Assembly (NCBI GenBank): GCA_965228735.1
Contig: OZ245838.1
Location: 3,712,001 to 3,776,000 of the forward strand
Source of the DNA: Planctomycetota bacterium
Lineage (GTDB): Bacteria; Planctomycetota; UBA1135; UBA2386
Direction of reading: 5' to 3'
Length of the DNA stretch: 64,000 bases
This document shows, one piece after another, positions 63,701-64,000 of this stretch; position 1 is the stretch's first letter; each line of letters opens with the position of its first letter. Below the pieces are notes generated by a model. That model was given only the letters and a program-made list of their open reading frames with translations, ran no database searches and was not told the DNA's origin. A program made the translations under genes and the position numbers.

Positions 63701-64000
63701 CCGAGCTCACCATCGAGCTTGACGGCCGACAGCAGCAGCGCCGCCTCGCGACGACCGAGGCGCCGGTCTTCTTCGGCCTGCTCGACCTCTTCGCGCAGCA
63801 GCCGCACGAGCTCCTCGACCACGCTGCCGAACTCCATCGCCCGCTTGACGAGCGGCGCGAGCAGCTCGACCTGCTTCTTGTCGAAGCCGCCGGGCGCCAT
63901 GCCCGCGAGGATCAGCGTCTCCTGGAACGAGAACCGGTTCTTCTCCTGCAGGTTGGCCGGCACGCGCCGATCGGCCGGCGTCTGCGGATGCCGCGGCAGC
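60763..64000 (-). CDS. Large membrane-anchored protein heading the MoxR cluster (partial, more than 1075 aa, start outside the window)
   Basis: The frame stays open to the window edge (LPRHPQTPADRRV before the track start). Long helical-repeat region, two BatD-like beta domains and a C-terminal TM (WFWVVIGIASVLFFIWFF). Confidence 0.78.
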   Translation of the reverse strand, partial: LPRHPQTPADRRVPANLQEKNRFSFQETLILAGMAPGGFDKKQVELLAPLVKRAMEFGSVVEELVRLLREEVEQAEEDRRLGRREAALLLSAVKLDGELGPFLPTPENADEDNDREALNLLARFYLAKFAEEQRNEYLEGAWRVTQAVLKRGEVSAEEKEEALLRAVDLAPKVSEELGPKWLAQSFTEMPQRGMEIIATIGGEAAKGFQKHAKDTDYRSKVIKLQKVAVDALLESAPELAEDWRPTLALLASGWIVEASYTNQHSQTTRYGPMMQRDSFGNIFWSNQRLGGGGQVQSIEPADLIDSQPGPRWVDMLDRALAPHFQTVSAQLFLKVNEYEKAFPFIEKLATVNPRKAKDLADEFLRVWMRNNNPNVNNNRTNPYMFVYGFNQRARGIPLTRSKQERNLEELSKWVSRMRALPMEPVDQKLLSQAFIAAHSTAEVYRLETIEQVFGGVENLEPELLGELLAKMRANLATVWRVPAVQEDKKTGRREKEIMAEVMRGYATALTVARDVMTKKGEHWALLALTAAILHDQNNFSSEQKRDSGFAEARKYAFELFEQAAADYIERAPDLRVDEEKLDAFDTWFYAALGACDLGVIDESTVVAKTQLPKIKAALASLPKGSRERHEAMFANALFTRMSSVKPQIKFRYLEAGFEIAGDHPQAAEARKVWNYYGDLTRELKLEAVVDGPTEVGTGEFGVRVDIVHTPEIERESGGFAKYAQNQNNMNYAFNYGRPLENYRDRFDEAVNTALSEHFEVLSVTWNGDSMASWPTDEAGWRRTPYAYLLLKARGAQVDRIPAIQMDFDFMDTSGYAVLPIGSAPVAIDASAPPSRLRPFEDLTVTQLLDERKVDEGKLTLEIKAKANGLVPDLDDFLDTDFPDYRIDKSEDQGATISKFAEDQLLVETERVWILSLKPEEGEEFGEEFVFARPTRDDVTAVYQRYADADLMTVDPRIALRMAGPEAVPAWFWVVIGIASVLFFIWFFGVKPGGGSVEQRTALITMPGTITAFRVLVLLREVEARAALSPADKQELDVTIARIEAAHFGKAEDESLDLEAVARDWLGRANSNPASALAR

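Overview
A 64 kb, very GC-rich (roughly 70% by eye), gene-dense bacterial chromosomal segment. The gene content is most consistent with a Planctomycetota-type organism, which is an inference from the ECF sigma/anti-sigma pairs, sulfatase, GspG-like pilins, MoxR-vWA cluster and giant secreted proteins. Housekeeping or recognisable genes include proS, carB, a transaldolase, a cNMP-domain aspartase, a NuoF-like flavoprotein, a THUMP methyltransferase, an S46 peptidase, a sulfatase and a GGDEF protein. I saw no rRNA, tRNA, CRISPR array or transposase. The main result is two genes that the ORF track splits or truncates at an in-frame TGA. In both, the TGA is the first position of a UxxC motif and is followed by a hairpin with the same GGUC loop, as expected for a bacterial SECIS element. 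One is a secreted TlpA/thioredoxin-like protein (1889-2959, W-U-G-P-C). The other is a membrane-anchored helical protein that I cannot place in any selenoprotein family I know (51077-51772, U-E-G-C plus a 36-aa tail), lying near a MoxR/DUF58/vWA operon. Also notable are two families of small intergenic repeats (one REPIN/MITE-like with covarying arms), a pore-less voltage-sensor-like domain in a 1204-aa protein, and a C-terminal domain shared by two unrelated secreted proteins.
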